From: Haplodiscus bocki
Taxonomy: Eukaryota
Length of the DNA: 64,000 bases
Direction of reading: 5' to 3'
Assembly: GCA_965655095.1 (NCBI GenBank)
Contig: OZ296650.1
Coordinates: 53,754,001 to 53,818,000, forward strand
Positions 41,000 to 50,954 of this stretch are shown piece after piece. The notes beneath the pieces were generated by a model, which saw only the letters and a list, made by a program, of their open reading frames with translations, ran no database searches and had not been told where the DNA came from. Every line of letters starts with the position of its first letter. Within the stretch, counting starts at the first letter, position 1. The translations under genes were made by a program, and so were the position numbers.

Positions 41000-42133
41000 A
41001 GATTCCTGTTCCGTATCTGACCATCGTCACCTGAAACGACTTGTTGCTTTGAAGACTGTAGCAAAAAAAATCGGCAAGTTAAGGGACGTTCTGTTCAATT
41101 ATCAGTTTGCTCATTGTTTCTATAACTTGTTCAAATTCAGACTCATTGCAAGCATGTGGACAGAAGAGGGGCAATATTTCGTTATCGTGGAGAGAGCTGT
41201 TAGTTTTATTCGAAACTTCACATTAGCTGAGGAAATGAAACATATTGCTAAGTAAAATCTTCTGAAGAAGCTTTTCAGGATACTGAAATCTTTTTTTTTC
41301 AGAGAACACAAACCGCAAAAAAAGGAACAGAGATTAGCTGAAACGCATTGCATACATCGGGCAAACTTAATTCTGAACAGATTGCGCGGAAGTCAGTGAA
41401 AAATTCCGACAACTTTTGAACGGCAAAACCAAGTTTTTTTCAAAATTTTTTTTCATCACGTACCACTCGAAGTACAATGCAATTTGTCTCTGTTGAAATT
41501 GTTAACCTTGAACGGATATTTCACCATCTGTTTTGTCAACCAGTACATGTTTGCTTTTCAACAGTTTCCTCAGACATGAACCAAAGGCATGCGAGAATGA
41601 TTTCTGAAAAGTCTTTGGGACCACCAGACAGTACTGAACATAAATCCAAGCCCTTTCTTTTCCGACACAAGCTCTCCGCAGAAATTTAACTGATTTTTTC
41701 AAGTATCTCTGGGCATTAATTGAAGTTTTTTTTTAAGCTAGTGACGCATCAGCTGAACATTCATCTGAAAAACAAGGAATATACGGAAAAAAATTCACGT
41801 TTGGCTTTTATGTTTTTCCGAATTTTCCATCAAAACACAGACCGGGTATGTCAAGAAAGCTTTATCAAACATCAAAACAAAATGCCAAGATTCAGGCCGA
41901 CAACTGAAAACGAAAGCATACGACCATACTTCCTTTGCAAGTTTAACAATGTCGTAGTTGTATCTTACAGTTTTCTTGACTCATCTGATATTTTTTTTGT
42001 AGTTAAACCGTTACTTTGTCATATCGGTGTCTTGGTACATAGAATCAATGCCAGATTGTCATTTTTGTAAGCAGAATCATGTTTCAGAAAATCTAAAAGG
42101 GCAACAAAGCAATCAGTGAAATAATTGATCAGA
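41000..42133 (-). pseudogene. Decayed ORF of unknown family (copy B), 3' part, interrupted by the Polinton
   Basis: - strand reads CLINYFTDCFVALLDFLKHDSAYKND...VKKTVRYNYDIVKLAKEVWSYAFVFSCRPESWHFVLMFDKAFLTYPVCVLMENSEKHKSQT; homologous to copy A. The 3' boundary is approximate. Confidence 0.6.
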
Positions 42134-42139
42134 CAGTTC
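42134..42139 (+). repeat. Left target-site duplication CAGTTC
   Basis: An identical 6-mer flanks both element ends (42134-42139 and 59667-59672); 6-bp TSDs are typical of Polintons. Confidence 0.97.
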
Positions 42140-42800
42140 AGTAGTAAGAGTGTGAGCTGAGGTGAGCAGGGGGCCTGAGGACTCTAATGTATTAGGATAA
42201 GCTACAGCTAGCCGACTCTAGCCGAGAACCGAGAAGGGTCCTCACTCTAGCCGAGAGCTCTCGGTTGACGTAATACTCAACCCGGGCGACGTAATGCTCT
42301 GTTCTGATTGGCTGACGACTCGGGTTACGTAAAACTCGATTCTGATTGGCTGCCGAGAGCCGAGGGTGTTTGGCTCGGATGATATAATACTCGATCCTGA
42401 TTGGCTGCCGAGTCGTGTCGGTTCAATTTTTTAGGATATGGAGCCGAAAGCCGAGTCAAGGTTTTAAGGTAGGCGATGCATGTAATAAGATATGGAGCCG
42501 AGAGCCGATAGTCGAGTCAATGTAAAAACATAGGTAAAGCATGTCTTAAGATAGGGATGCATGTATTAAGAAACGCAAAGGGAATCAGTAATGTATAAGC
42601 ATAGGCTATAGTTCGTCTCATTGTATAAAGATATGGAATGACTCTTTTTCGGCAGTGTGCGACAATTTTCGGTACTGTGCGACTTTTTCGAAAAAAAAAA
42701 TGAGAAGTTTTTGGGTGCCCAGCGCCCGCGCGTATAATTATTACGCCTGCGGATAAATATTCCACCTACGCATAAATATTACGTCTGCGGATACTAATAT
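42140..42800 (+). repeat. Left terminal inverted repeat (~650 bp)
   Basis: AGTAGTAAGAGTGTGAGCTGAGGTGAGCAGGGGG... is the reverse complement of 59025-59666, ~85% identical over the first 100 bp by manual count. The inner boundary is approximate. Confidence 0.95.
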
Positions 42801-42904
42801 GACTTAAGGCTATGTCAAACTTTGTGTAATAGTTCGAAAAAGTTAATTAAACTCTATAAAAATGGACAAAAACATGATATAAACTGCACATTTACATGAA
42901 AAGA

Positions 42905-43297
42905 TTACGTGTAATTACTTTCAAAAGAGAGTACATTAACATCGTGAACCCCTGTAGTTTGTTCCTGTTGATACTTGAAGAGATGAAAAGCTGCATATAT
43001 TGTATAAAAGCCGCATACACTTGGGTGAGACTGTAGGGTGCTGGCATCATCTGTTTGTAGTGCTGCTTGAGAAAACTGTACCCTTTACATCCAAGAGATT
43101 CTGCAAGATATAACTCGTGTCGGAAATTTGCAATCATGATCCAATGTTCACCCTGCATATTGCTGGGTTGCGTGTTGATAATAGCAAAAGTGTCATTATC
43201 AAGAGTTGGAACACAGTCTGAAGGAAACGAACCGTGGTACCGAAATTTGAGCAGAGAGACACGACTGATAATTTTTTGTCAGAGCAAAATTCTTCAT
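42905..43297 (-). pseudogene. Adenain-like (C5) cysteine maturation protease, frameshifted
   Basis: Joined frames give FRYHGSFPSDCVPTLDNDTFAIINTQPSNMQGEHWIMIA...LYLAESLG...LQSHPSVCGFYTIY, with catalytic His (EHW), an acidic residue, Gln and Cys (VCG). Confidence 0.9.
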
Positions 43298-43299
43298 TC

Positions 43300-44625
43300 T
43301 TACACATTCTTTCCAACAACACCAAACTTGTCAACTGCAACCGACGACATTAGTTCACCCAATACAATGAGTTCAGTAACGTTTTCAAGAGGTTGGGTAA
43401 TTTTTAGTTCCAGTCTCAGGGGTTCGCCAACAAGCAGAAGATAGTGACAATTTTCAGTAGCGTCTTGCATTGAAGTCAAGTCAAACACCAGCGGATAGTG
43501 ATTTTCTGAAATCATCAATGGAGATTGAGGGAATATCATCCTGAAAGTTCATTGCTTTCATGGTAGTCACATACAGACGACAATTGTCAGCAGTATCAAA
43601 ATTTACAAATGGCTGTCCGCTTCCGAGTATTCTAATTTCTCTGAGATCAAATTGTTGATACCAGAAAGGGTTTTCAGTAAAAGAACCAGTGAAGGCAGAG
43701 TTTGTGTTCATTGCAATCGCGACTCGACGAATGGGAGCATTGTTGAAAATGTTTTTTTGGTTGATTTGGTTTTGTCTCACAGGTATGATGAATGTCTATG
43801 CCAAAGTCTTCAATTAATTGTATTCTACAGGAGCATAAGCGAACATGTCCGTTCTCTTTTGTGATAATCATCCTTGAGAGCAATATGACGAGTGTCAAGA
43901 GAACAAGCCACCATTCCAAGACTGAAATTGGGGTTGTCGCTTATCATGTAGAAATTGGGTCTAGCTCTTATTAGTCGCAGCCTAACTTTCATGTTTGGAT
44001 AGAGTAGTTCAGAAGTTGAGAAAAAGTCCATCCCCAAATTGCCATACAACATGAAACCGTCGGGTCTATTTGGCAGTTTCATTCTCCTTGTAAAAAAAGG
44101 ATCAGGTAAGGGGTTACTGATATCCTCAGGATCCTGTTCATAGTCATAGCCTTCACAATGCAAAACTCCCTTGTATTCAGAGATAACTGCCTTAAAAATG
44201 TTTGAAGTGTAAGACATGTGTGCATAGAGTCCATTGGAAATGTAAATCTGCTGATTGTTGAGGTACACTGCAACATTTGAAAACATTAAATGCACTATGC
44301 TGTTTACATAGGTAACTGGAGCTACTTCTTCCTCTTCTTCGTCATCGCCTGTTTCAGTGAAAACAACAGACTGATCTTTGTGCTCCTTTTCTTTTCTTGA
44401 CTCTCGTATGTATCGTAAACACGTCCTTTGACAAATTTGAGCTTCATTGCCAAAAAAGACTATCTCAAATCAACGTAATACTTCCGATCCGTTTGAAATT
44501 CAAATTCTTTGCAGCTTTCATCAAGTAAGGTAGTTGGATAAATTTCTTGCTCATGCGAAGACGGGACATCGCCGACAAATGGGATTTTCCCTCCAAGATT
44601 TCCAGACACTGCCACAAAAAGTTGG
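43300..44625 (-). pseudogene. Double jelly-roll major capsid protein (Polinton/adintovirus hexon-like), fragmented
   Basis: Consecutive fragments EIYPTTLLDESCKEFEFQTDRKYYVDLR, MFSNVAVYLNNQQI..SNGLYAH, LLYPNMKVRLRLIRARPNF, NIFNNAPIRRVAIAMNTNSAFTGSFTENPFWYQQFDL and VFDLTSMQDA...LRLELKITQPLENVTELIVLGE match the Polinton MCP pattern. Confidence 0.88.
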
Positions 44626-44816
44626 TACCGAAAATTGTTTTTTGACATGATCAACGAGAAATGTTTGTAAAAATGTCTCTTTGCGACCGACTGGATTGTT
44701 TATTAGATTTTGTTGGATTGAATCTCTTCTGTTTGCTACCTCCCAACTGGCTGTGGCTCCCTTCACCTAACTGTTTTCTTAGAGTCTGTCTTCCCACACT
44801 CTTTGCAGCTGTCTTG
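44626..44816 (-). pseudogene. 3' remnant of a small basic (putative core) protein gene
   Basis: KTAAKSVGRQTLRKQLGEG... lies immediately upstream of MCP, a position usually held by a small basic protein. Its 5' part was lost at the duplication junction. Confidence 0.5.
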
Positions 44817-45063
44817 AATGTTCTTCTCAGTTAGCTCTTTATCTAGTACAATCAAAGACATACTGCTTCAAAAGTCGACAAAGTTGAAAATGGAGGGTAG
44901 AAAGAGTTTTACGTAAAGGCAAAAGAATAGTCCAGTCACGTAACCAAGCAAACATGAATTTGGTCCTCGTACAATCATATGGCAGTAGCCTGGACCTTTA
45001 CCACTATGTGATCGAACTGCTCCAGCAGCATCGTGTAATATTGCATGCAGTCTGAATACTTTC
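44817..45063 (+). repeat. Internal direct duplication (247 bp), acceptor copy
   Basis: Matches 48278-48524 (offset 3461) with 5 mismatches and no indels. Confidence 0.97.
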
Positions 45064-45257
45064 TCGTCGAAACACTTGAATTTCCGCTGCGTTAAATTTT
45101 GGTACATTGATGGGTAGGACATTTCTGATATTGAAACCTCCCATTGCCCCTCCAAGATTACTTGCTCTGGTAAAAAGTTTGTGAAAGAACTGAGTGTATT
45201 GTCTGGAAGCAATTCTCCAGAAGCCTTAGAAACCAACTCTATTGTAAACGAATCCAT
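44868..45257 (-). CDS. Chimeric ORF: minor capsid (penton-like) N-terminus fused in frame to the C-terminus of the 'LHAILHD' gene
   Basis: MDSFTIELVSKASGELLPDNTLSSFTNFLPEQVILEGQWEVSISEMSYP is the typical Polinton minor-capsid start. From ~KVFRLHAILHDAAG onward the sequence is the duplicated 48329-48524 segment. Confidence 0.8.
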   Translation of the reverse strand: MDSFTIELVSKASGELLPDNTLSSFTNFLPEQVILEGQWEVSISEMSYPSMYQNLTQRKFKCFDEKVFRLHAILHDAAGAVRSHSGKGPGYCHMIVRGPNSCLLGYVTGLFFCLYVKLFLPSIFNFVDF

Positions 45258-45273
45258 CGTAAAATGACTTCAA

Positions 45274-46160
45274 TCACCTTTTCTGACAAAATTTGCCTTG
45301 AATAACCTCGCCTTGCTCATCCTTGATTGTGTAAGCTGGTGGTTTTTTTGTTGCAATTGCTACAATTCCAGAATCTTGTCGTGTAAACTGCGGCTTGTAA
45401 CCTTTGCGAAAAAGCAAGTCAAACTTTGAGATTCGCACTCTGTCACCAATTTTGAATGTAGGTTTCTTGAATTCTCGTAAATGTTTACTGTAAAGAATAG
45501 ACATAAAGTAGCAATTCTTTACGGTATTGGGTCTCATATCTATGGAACTGTTTCTTCTAGAGTTTAAGGTAGTGATAAAAGGAGATAGTTTGTGTATATA
45601 CTTGTACCCACAGTCTTCCATGTAACGGTAAAGAATATTTTTTTGGGATCGTATTGTACGTTCAGCAAAAGCAGCCTTAGTCTCACTCATTGTAGAGTGA
45701 ACTTGTATCCCATAGGCGGCACAAACCTTTTTAAAGGACCCACCAAATTCTGTTCCCTTGTCAACCCAAATGTTTTTTGGTCGACTCCTTTTTGTAATCA
45801 AGGATGAAAAGGCTTTCACAGTTTCTTGAGAATCTTCTGTTTTCATTCCCTTAGCATTTACAGTTCTATCACTCAGGTCTTGACGAACTAGTAAATAATT
45901 TACACCGTTAGTCGCTTTTGCCAATTTATCAACGTCAGTAAGATCCATGCACCAAATTTCGTTTCTGAATTTAGCAAAAGCCCTCAATTTCACGAATTTT
46001 CGTGCTGCCAAAGTATATTTTTTATTAGAATCCTTAGAATGTGAAACTGTCTAACATTTGATACTGGTAACCTGTTATCTCTTGCCAAGTTGCGTACAAA
46101 ACCGTAAGCACCAGCACCTTGCGTGTACAGTCTTTGCAGCTTCTGACGGTCATACTCTGA
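45274..46160 (-). pseudogene. Retroviral-like (RVE, DDE) integrase of the Polinton
   Basis: EIWCMDL (D), WVDKGTEF (D), KAAFAERTIR (E), then FKIGDRVRISK..FRKGYKPQFT. The N-terminal LQRLYTQG..AYG part is in another frame (frameshift ~46010-46050). Confidence 0.93.
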
Positions 46161-46559
46161 AAATGACCCAGCTTCCTCTATCTTTAGCTTTGGCATTCTG
46201 GTTAAAAACTAGAGAGGGTAATATTCCAGCAACGTCGAGTCAAGTAAAGTAAATTTATCGAACTTCTGGGTTTTTTCGACGCAAATGTAAAGTAAAGTCT
46301 GAGATTAACACACCAGTATCAAAACCATCCAAAATTTTTGTTTGCGAAATTGAAAACTTGATGCGACAACGAGATAAAATCTTGTCTGTTAGGGGTCTGC
46401 TTTGCCAAACAGTTTCTTGTTAATGTCTCTCTTTAGAGAATCAATTTGGTACGTGATAGGTTGTTCAGATTTTGAGTTTGGAAGTTCCTGCTTTGTAACA
46501 GATTGCTCAGTTACACTCTTGTTATACACAGAAGCTGGGACAAGATCACACTGCTCCAT
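46150..46559 (-). pseudogene. Polinton hypothetical protein upstream of the integrase
   Basis: MEQCDLVPASVYNKS...ILDGFDTGVLISDF...NAKAKDRGSWVIF with internal stops and a frameshift; tightly packed between neighbouring genes. Confidence 0.55.
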
Positions 46560-46560
46560 A

Positions 46561-46860
46561 TTAAGACAAATGACGGGAGGTGTCATGACTGCTATTAGTT
46601 GCAATTTTTCTTCTGACGACAGAACGTTTCTTCTTTGTTTCCAAATTGTTCTTTTGGGCAATGGTAGCCAAACGTCGTCTTGAAACTTTACCACGTGATG
46701 TCTTTTTATGGCAGGCAACTTTCCTTTTATTAAATTCACTATGCATTCGCATAGAAACCGGATAAACTCTTGTGGAAAAGACTGAAGAAAGTGGCTTTTG
46801 CATTTGCGGGAAAACAATTGGAACACCTGGAGAGGAAGGAGGTTTTGTGTGTTCATCGTC
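46561..46860 (-). pseudogene. Conserved small Polinton/adintovirus protein (xxCECxxNxxxG motif)
   Basis: FIRFLCECIVNLIKGKLPAIKR...KQRRNVL resembles the small basic ORF recalled to follow the ATPase in Polintons; overlaps the ATPase 3' region. Confidence 0.55.
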
Positions 46861-47510
46861 CAAAGTCCTTAAATGTTTTGAACAACCGGGAATATAAACT
46901 TTTGAGAGAATAGATCCACTGTTTGTGCAGTAACGTAATCTTTCATCTGTCCGCGGCGACAAATCAATCAACAAATGACCAAATAGAACAGACGTTGCAG
47001 CTCGATACCAGTCAACTAACTCTGATCCAAGACCCAACTGTGTGCTAAGGGTAGTTACTTTCTTTACGTCACGGGGAGATTTGAAGAGAACAATGTGAGT
47101 GTTTTGTAACTCAACATCTCTTCCTAGTTTGCTCTGGTGAAAAGGTTGTGTTTAATGTAGATTGTGCTGAGACCCCGATGTCGCCCAACGGTGGCAATGT
47201 CAACAAAGGCTTCTGAATTACAAATCTCCTCACAAGAATCGTCAAATATTAACAAGTATTTCGTGTCATTGTTTTCCAACGAATCAAAAAATTCAAAGTT
47301 TACTCTTTGCACAAACTCGAGATTTTCAAATTTTTTTTGTATAACATCGTAGAGAGGTTGGGAATGTTGATAGAAAAATTATATCTTGTCAAACTTTGGT
47401 TGAAATGTTCCAATTTTCAGCCAATTGTAATTAGGCTGCGATTTCCCATTTTCGGAAGGGCCAACCAATGAATTAGAGACTCGATTCTTTGTAGAAATTA
47501 ACTTGTTCAT
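46561..47510 (-). pseudogene. A32/FtsK-HerA family genome-packaging ATPase
   Basis: MNKLISTKNR...LVGPSENGKSQ (Walker A), YLLIFDDS (Walker B), GRHRGLSTIYIKHNLF (Arg finger and sensor), then THIVLFKSPRD...GHLLIDLSP; one stop and one frameshift. Confidence 0.93.
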
Positions 47511-47767
47511 CGCCTTGGTGAGGGTAAAATGTATCCTGCCGCACTGCACAAATTTCCAACCCTAACAGTTGATTCGTCACAAGTTTCTGAGAGGTGAGTT
47601 TTTCAGAAGAATCCAAAGATGATCAACAAAATAACAAAACGTTGGGACAGAAACACAAACAGCGATCTGGAACAGGTTTGTCCCAAACAGGCCCAAGATT
47701 TTTTCTCTTGATTGTTGTCGTCAAAGACATTTTCACCTAAAATAATGTTACGTTCTTGATCAGTCAT
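47507..47767 (-). pseudogene. Small membrane protein (W-x-C...Q...C...G-x-x-LPxP type)
   Basis: MTDQERNII...SWACLGQTCSRSLFVFLSQRFVILLIIFGFF*...CDESTVRVGNLCSAAGYILPSPRR; its stop overlaps the ATPase start (ATGA). Confidence 0.65.
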
Positions 47768-47859
47768 CTGTTTCCTAAGCTATATTTCTCAATTTGAATG
47801 CTATAGAAAATCATGTCGAGTTAAAGAATTAAATTAGTAGTAAACACGAAGGCAATAAA

Positions 47860-48322
47860 CACGTACAAAAACAATATTGCATAGCCCATTCTCCGTACAG
47901 CTTTGCTTTCCTCTCGGCACAGTGATGCCTTGTTTTGTGTCGGAAAATTTTACTAGAGCAGATCCACAAACTGTCCGTTTTGACAGGACCTTGAATTTTT
48001 GGGCAACCAGAGTCATCCAAATTTTCTACATTTTGTCCGAGAAGACTGGTCGACAGCCTAAATTTTCCAAGTTCTTCAGCAAACACTTCTGCATTCATTA
48101 CTTTTATGTCGTAAAAGACACCAAACAACTTATCATAATCCAGCTTTCCACTACTCCACGCAATTCCATGTAGATTACTTGTGTTCCATTTTGTCTGTTT
48201 ATTGGTTTAAACGTCTTTGGTGGGCCAAATGAAAATCCTTGTACAAATCCAGCAATAAAAAGTACCAATTCTTAACTAATGTTCTTCTCAGTTAGCTCTT
48301 TATCTAGTAAAATCAAAGACAT
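47860..48322 (-). pseudogene. Putative DnaQ/DEDD-like exonuclease-fold accessory protein
   Basis: MSLILLDKELTEKNI..ELVLF...FSFGPP, LHGIAWSSGKLDY, NVENLDDSGCPKI and HCAERKAKLYGEW across shifted frames; resembles a family recalled from Polintons. Confidence 0.5.
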
Positions 48323-48524
48323 ACTGCTTCAAAAGTCGACAAAGTTGAAAATGGAGGGTAGAAAGAGTTTTACGTAAAGGCAGAAGAATAGTCCAGTCAC
48401 GTAACCAAGCAAACATGAATTTGGTCCTCGTCCAATCATATGGTAGTAGCCTGGACCGTTACCACTATGTGATCGAACTGCTCCAGCAGCATCGTGTAAT
48501 ATTGCATGCAGTCTGAATACTTTC
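48278..48524 (+). repeat. Internal direct duplication (247 bp), donor copy
   Basis: In native context, spanning the end of the LHAILHD gene and the start of the exonuclease-like gene; copied at 44817-45063. Confidence 0.97.
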
Positions 48525-48733
48525 GACTAACGAAAAAAAAGAGTCCAAATAAGAGTTTCCATAACAATGAGTCCACCAAAGTTAAATTTTTGGTCCATCT
48601 CACGTAAAAAAAGACTAGAAACCCAAAAGAAACACGCGCTTCGAAATAGGTTTTTGTGAACACTATTGTGTTCAAATGACATTTTTGATTCCGGGTACAA
48701 TAAAAAAACGCTAATTAAAAAGAGAACATCCAT
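48329..48733 (-). pseudogene. Small accessory protein with an HxxLHD motif (possibly PLA2/DUF1353-like)
   Basis: ...FGGLI...*SKVFRLHAILHDAAGAVRSHSGNGPGYYHMIGRGPNSCLLGYVTGL...VDF*, with an internal stop. The family call is inferred from the HD motif only. Confidence 0.45.
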
Positions 48734-48750
48734 TCTTGACTGAGCTTGTT

Positions 48751-49035
48751 TTAATTATGAACAGTTGCTTCATCCAATACAATGCACTGCTTGTAGAAAA
48801 TGTCAATGTAGCTCAAGAGGTACACGCGCTTAGCAAGAAGCTTTTTGTATTCAATGAACTTTAAATCCATTTCAGTATCCTTGAGATACGTGTTGTTTCG
48901 ATAGCGGTAAACGACAATGTTCACCTTGTCTGTATCAGTTTGAAAAATGATGCATACTTCTCTTCTACCATTTAAAATTGTCCCATTTAAACAAGAAATT
49001 TCATCTTTTGAATCATTCCTTTCAATATCTGGCAT
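48751..49035 (-). CDS. Intact 94-aa accessory ORF with a PC4-like beta-beta-alpha signature
   Basis: ATG-initiated and uninterrupted; VNIVVYRYRNNTYLKDTEMDLKFIEYKKLLAKRVYLLSYID. Confidence 0.6.
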   Translation of the reverse strand: MPDIERNDSKDEISCLNGTILNGRREVCIIFQTDTDKVNIVVYRYRNNTYLKDTEMDLKFIEYKKLLAKRVYLLSYIDIFYKQCIVLDEATVHN

Positions 49036-49228
49036 TTGTTGAGTTTTTACCAGAGTTAGCGTAGATTTTTGGGAGAAACTTCTTTTCTAAGTAAAACATG
49101 ATACAGTCCCAGTTTTGTTTTGAACTTGAGGAAGAAGTTTTTATTATCTCCAAGAAACTGAGAGTTCCAAGTCATCTTGATTTGAATGAAAAGAGCAATT
49201 GATTGGAGTAAATAGTTGCAATTACTTT

Positions 49229-49809
49229 TTACAAAGCATTACAAATAGGTTGGTTAGCAAATACTTTATCATACACTGACTTCATGACGTCAAGAAGACA
49301 TACAAATTCCTTAAGTTTACAGTTGATATACACAATTTGCTTAAATTTTTCTTCCTGCGCCTTCCGTCCAAATAGACGAACTTGGGCATAGAAGTTTTGA
49401 GAGTTGTCCACCTTGTATCGCAGCAGTGTTACACAAATCCTTCTCTTTAGACAATCCACAACGTCAATCACCTTGTTACCAAGCTTGAGTTAATCCTCCA
49501 TGTCTTTGGACAGTGTAGATTGAAGCACTGGCGACAAATTTTGTCCCCTGAGAAAGTTGTCTGCTGCAACAACTAGTTGGTTTCTTTGTCGAATAAACTG
49601 GCTGAAATCAGCTTCTCCCATTGAAAAGTTTTGCCTCAGTTGAAATTTTGCGTTTTTGTTTTTTATCTTGAACACTTTTAGTTTAATATCCAAGTAGTTG
49701 GAACTTTTTTGGTCCAAGAAAATCGTCCAAATCTGTCTTGACCTTTGCCAAAGTCCACATAGTCGGTACAAATTAGCTTGTCCAAGGTTTCTGTAAGGTT
49801 GTAGGCCAT
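49229..49809 (-). pseudogene. Accessory protein with two tandem PC4/PurA-like repeats
   Basis: MAYNLTETLDKLICTDYVDFGK...YLDIKLKVFK...FQLRQNFSMGEADFSQFIRQRNQLV and YAQVRLFGRKAQEEKFKQIVYINCKLKEFVCLLDVM; one frameshift and one stop. Confidence 0.55.
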
Positions 49810-49972
49810 GACCAAACGAGATAGAATGTTGGTAGCTGAAAGTTATTTTAGTGAATAATAGTTAAAGAATGATTTTGGAGATTCATTTCGTTACTTTTAT
49901 ACGCATTTTTTTGATCATTGTGAAGTGACTTTTCCATAAAAGGAGATTCTTTCCTTTGTCGGTCATTGTCGC

Positions 49973-50607
49973 ATGACATTTTCATTTATGGAACATCTTT
50001 CCTTTTTTGATCGGTTTGTACAGAAAGTAAAAGTATCTTGTTTTTTCAGATGCATTTTGTCAACCTTTATCGCAGTAGAAAGGAGCTTCGGTGGAAGGGA
50101 GCTTGCGTACGGGAGGCAAGATGGCAGCCATTGTGTTACAATCAATCCACAGTTTTTACGCAAAAATTTCAGAGGAAACTCTCTTTGTTTCTGCAAATAC
50201 ATATGAAAAAGACATTTTCTGTAAAGACTACTGCATTGCCCATCACAACAACAAGACGTGTTTTTTACCCGCTTGTAAATGTCATATTGTACTACTTGGA
50301 AACGTTCAAGAGCTACTAAAGAAGTTCGATACATTTTGCTTCACCTATCAACACGTGGACTGCTTGTATACACTTTTCAAGTATCGATTCTTTGTAAAAG
50401 AAGATACAAGTGTTTGATAACGTACAACGAGCAGTTGACTTTCATCAAAGAAACAAGAGAGTGGACAGAACGCCGAGCATTGCAAAAAAGAGGCTCTTAA
50501 GGAAAAGGTACAAAACGCATTTACTCAGTTCTTTTCAAAAAACCAGAAGAGCGCAGACCAGTGGCTCAGTGTTTGCAGAAAGAATTGAAAAAAATGACTC
50601 AAATTGA
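49973..50607 (+). pseudogene. Fragmented hypothetical accessory ORF(s), Cys/His-rich
   Basis: Overlapping + strand ORFs (FCKDYCIAHHNNKTCFLPACKCH...) inside the element; no family recognised. Confidence 0.35.
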
Positions 50608-50699
50608 ATTGGAACTAATAAAATTTGTAGATTGTTTTCTTGATGGTCATGGTAATTATGATATTAAGTTAGTATCTTTTAAAATAAAATCTTTGTAAA

Positions 50700-50880
50700 C
50701 TAACCGTTTTTCGAATTCCAAAGAGACTTGTACAAATCAATTGGTAGTGCAAACGATATAGTCATCACACCCATCAAGAACGCAATTGCTATAAAGAATG
50801 CAATAACCAAAAAGATAATACCAAACGTGAGACAAACACATGCTACAGACTCGTAAAAAATTTTTACCCCAAGCCAACGT
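50700..50880 (-). CDS. Possible small hydrophobic (membrane) protein
   Basis: VACVCLTFGIIFLVIAFFIAIAFLMGVMTISFAL is a long hydrophobic stretch in an open frame; the start codon is unclear. Confidence 0.35.
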
Positions 50881-50954
50881 CTTTCTCTAACTAGTTGTCC
50901 TTTGATGGTTGTAGCACTTTGACAATAAGTCAGCGAGAATCTGAGGGGACGACT

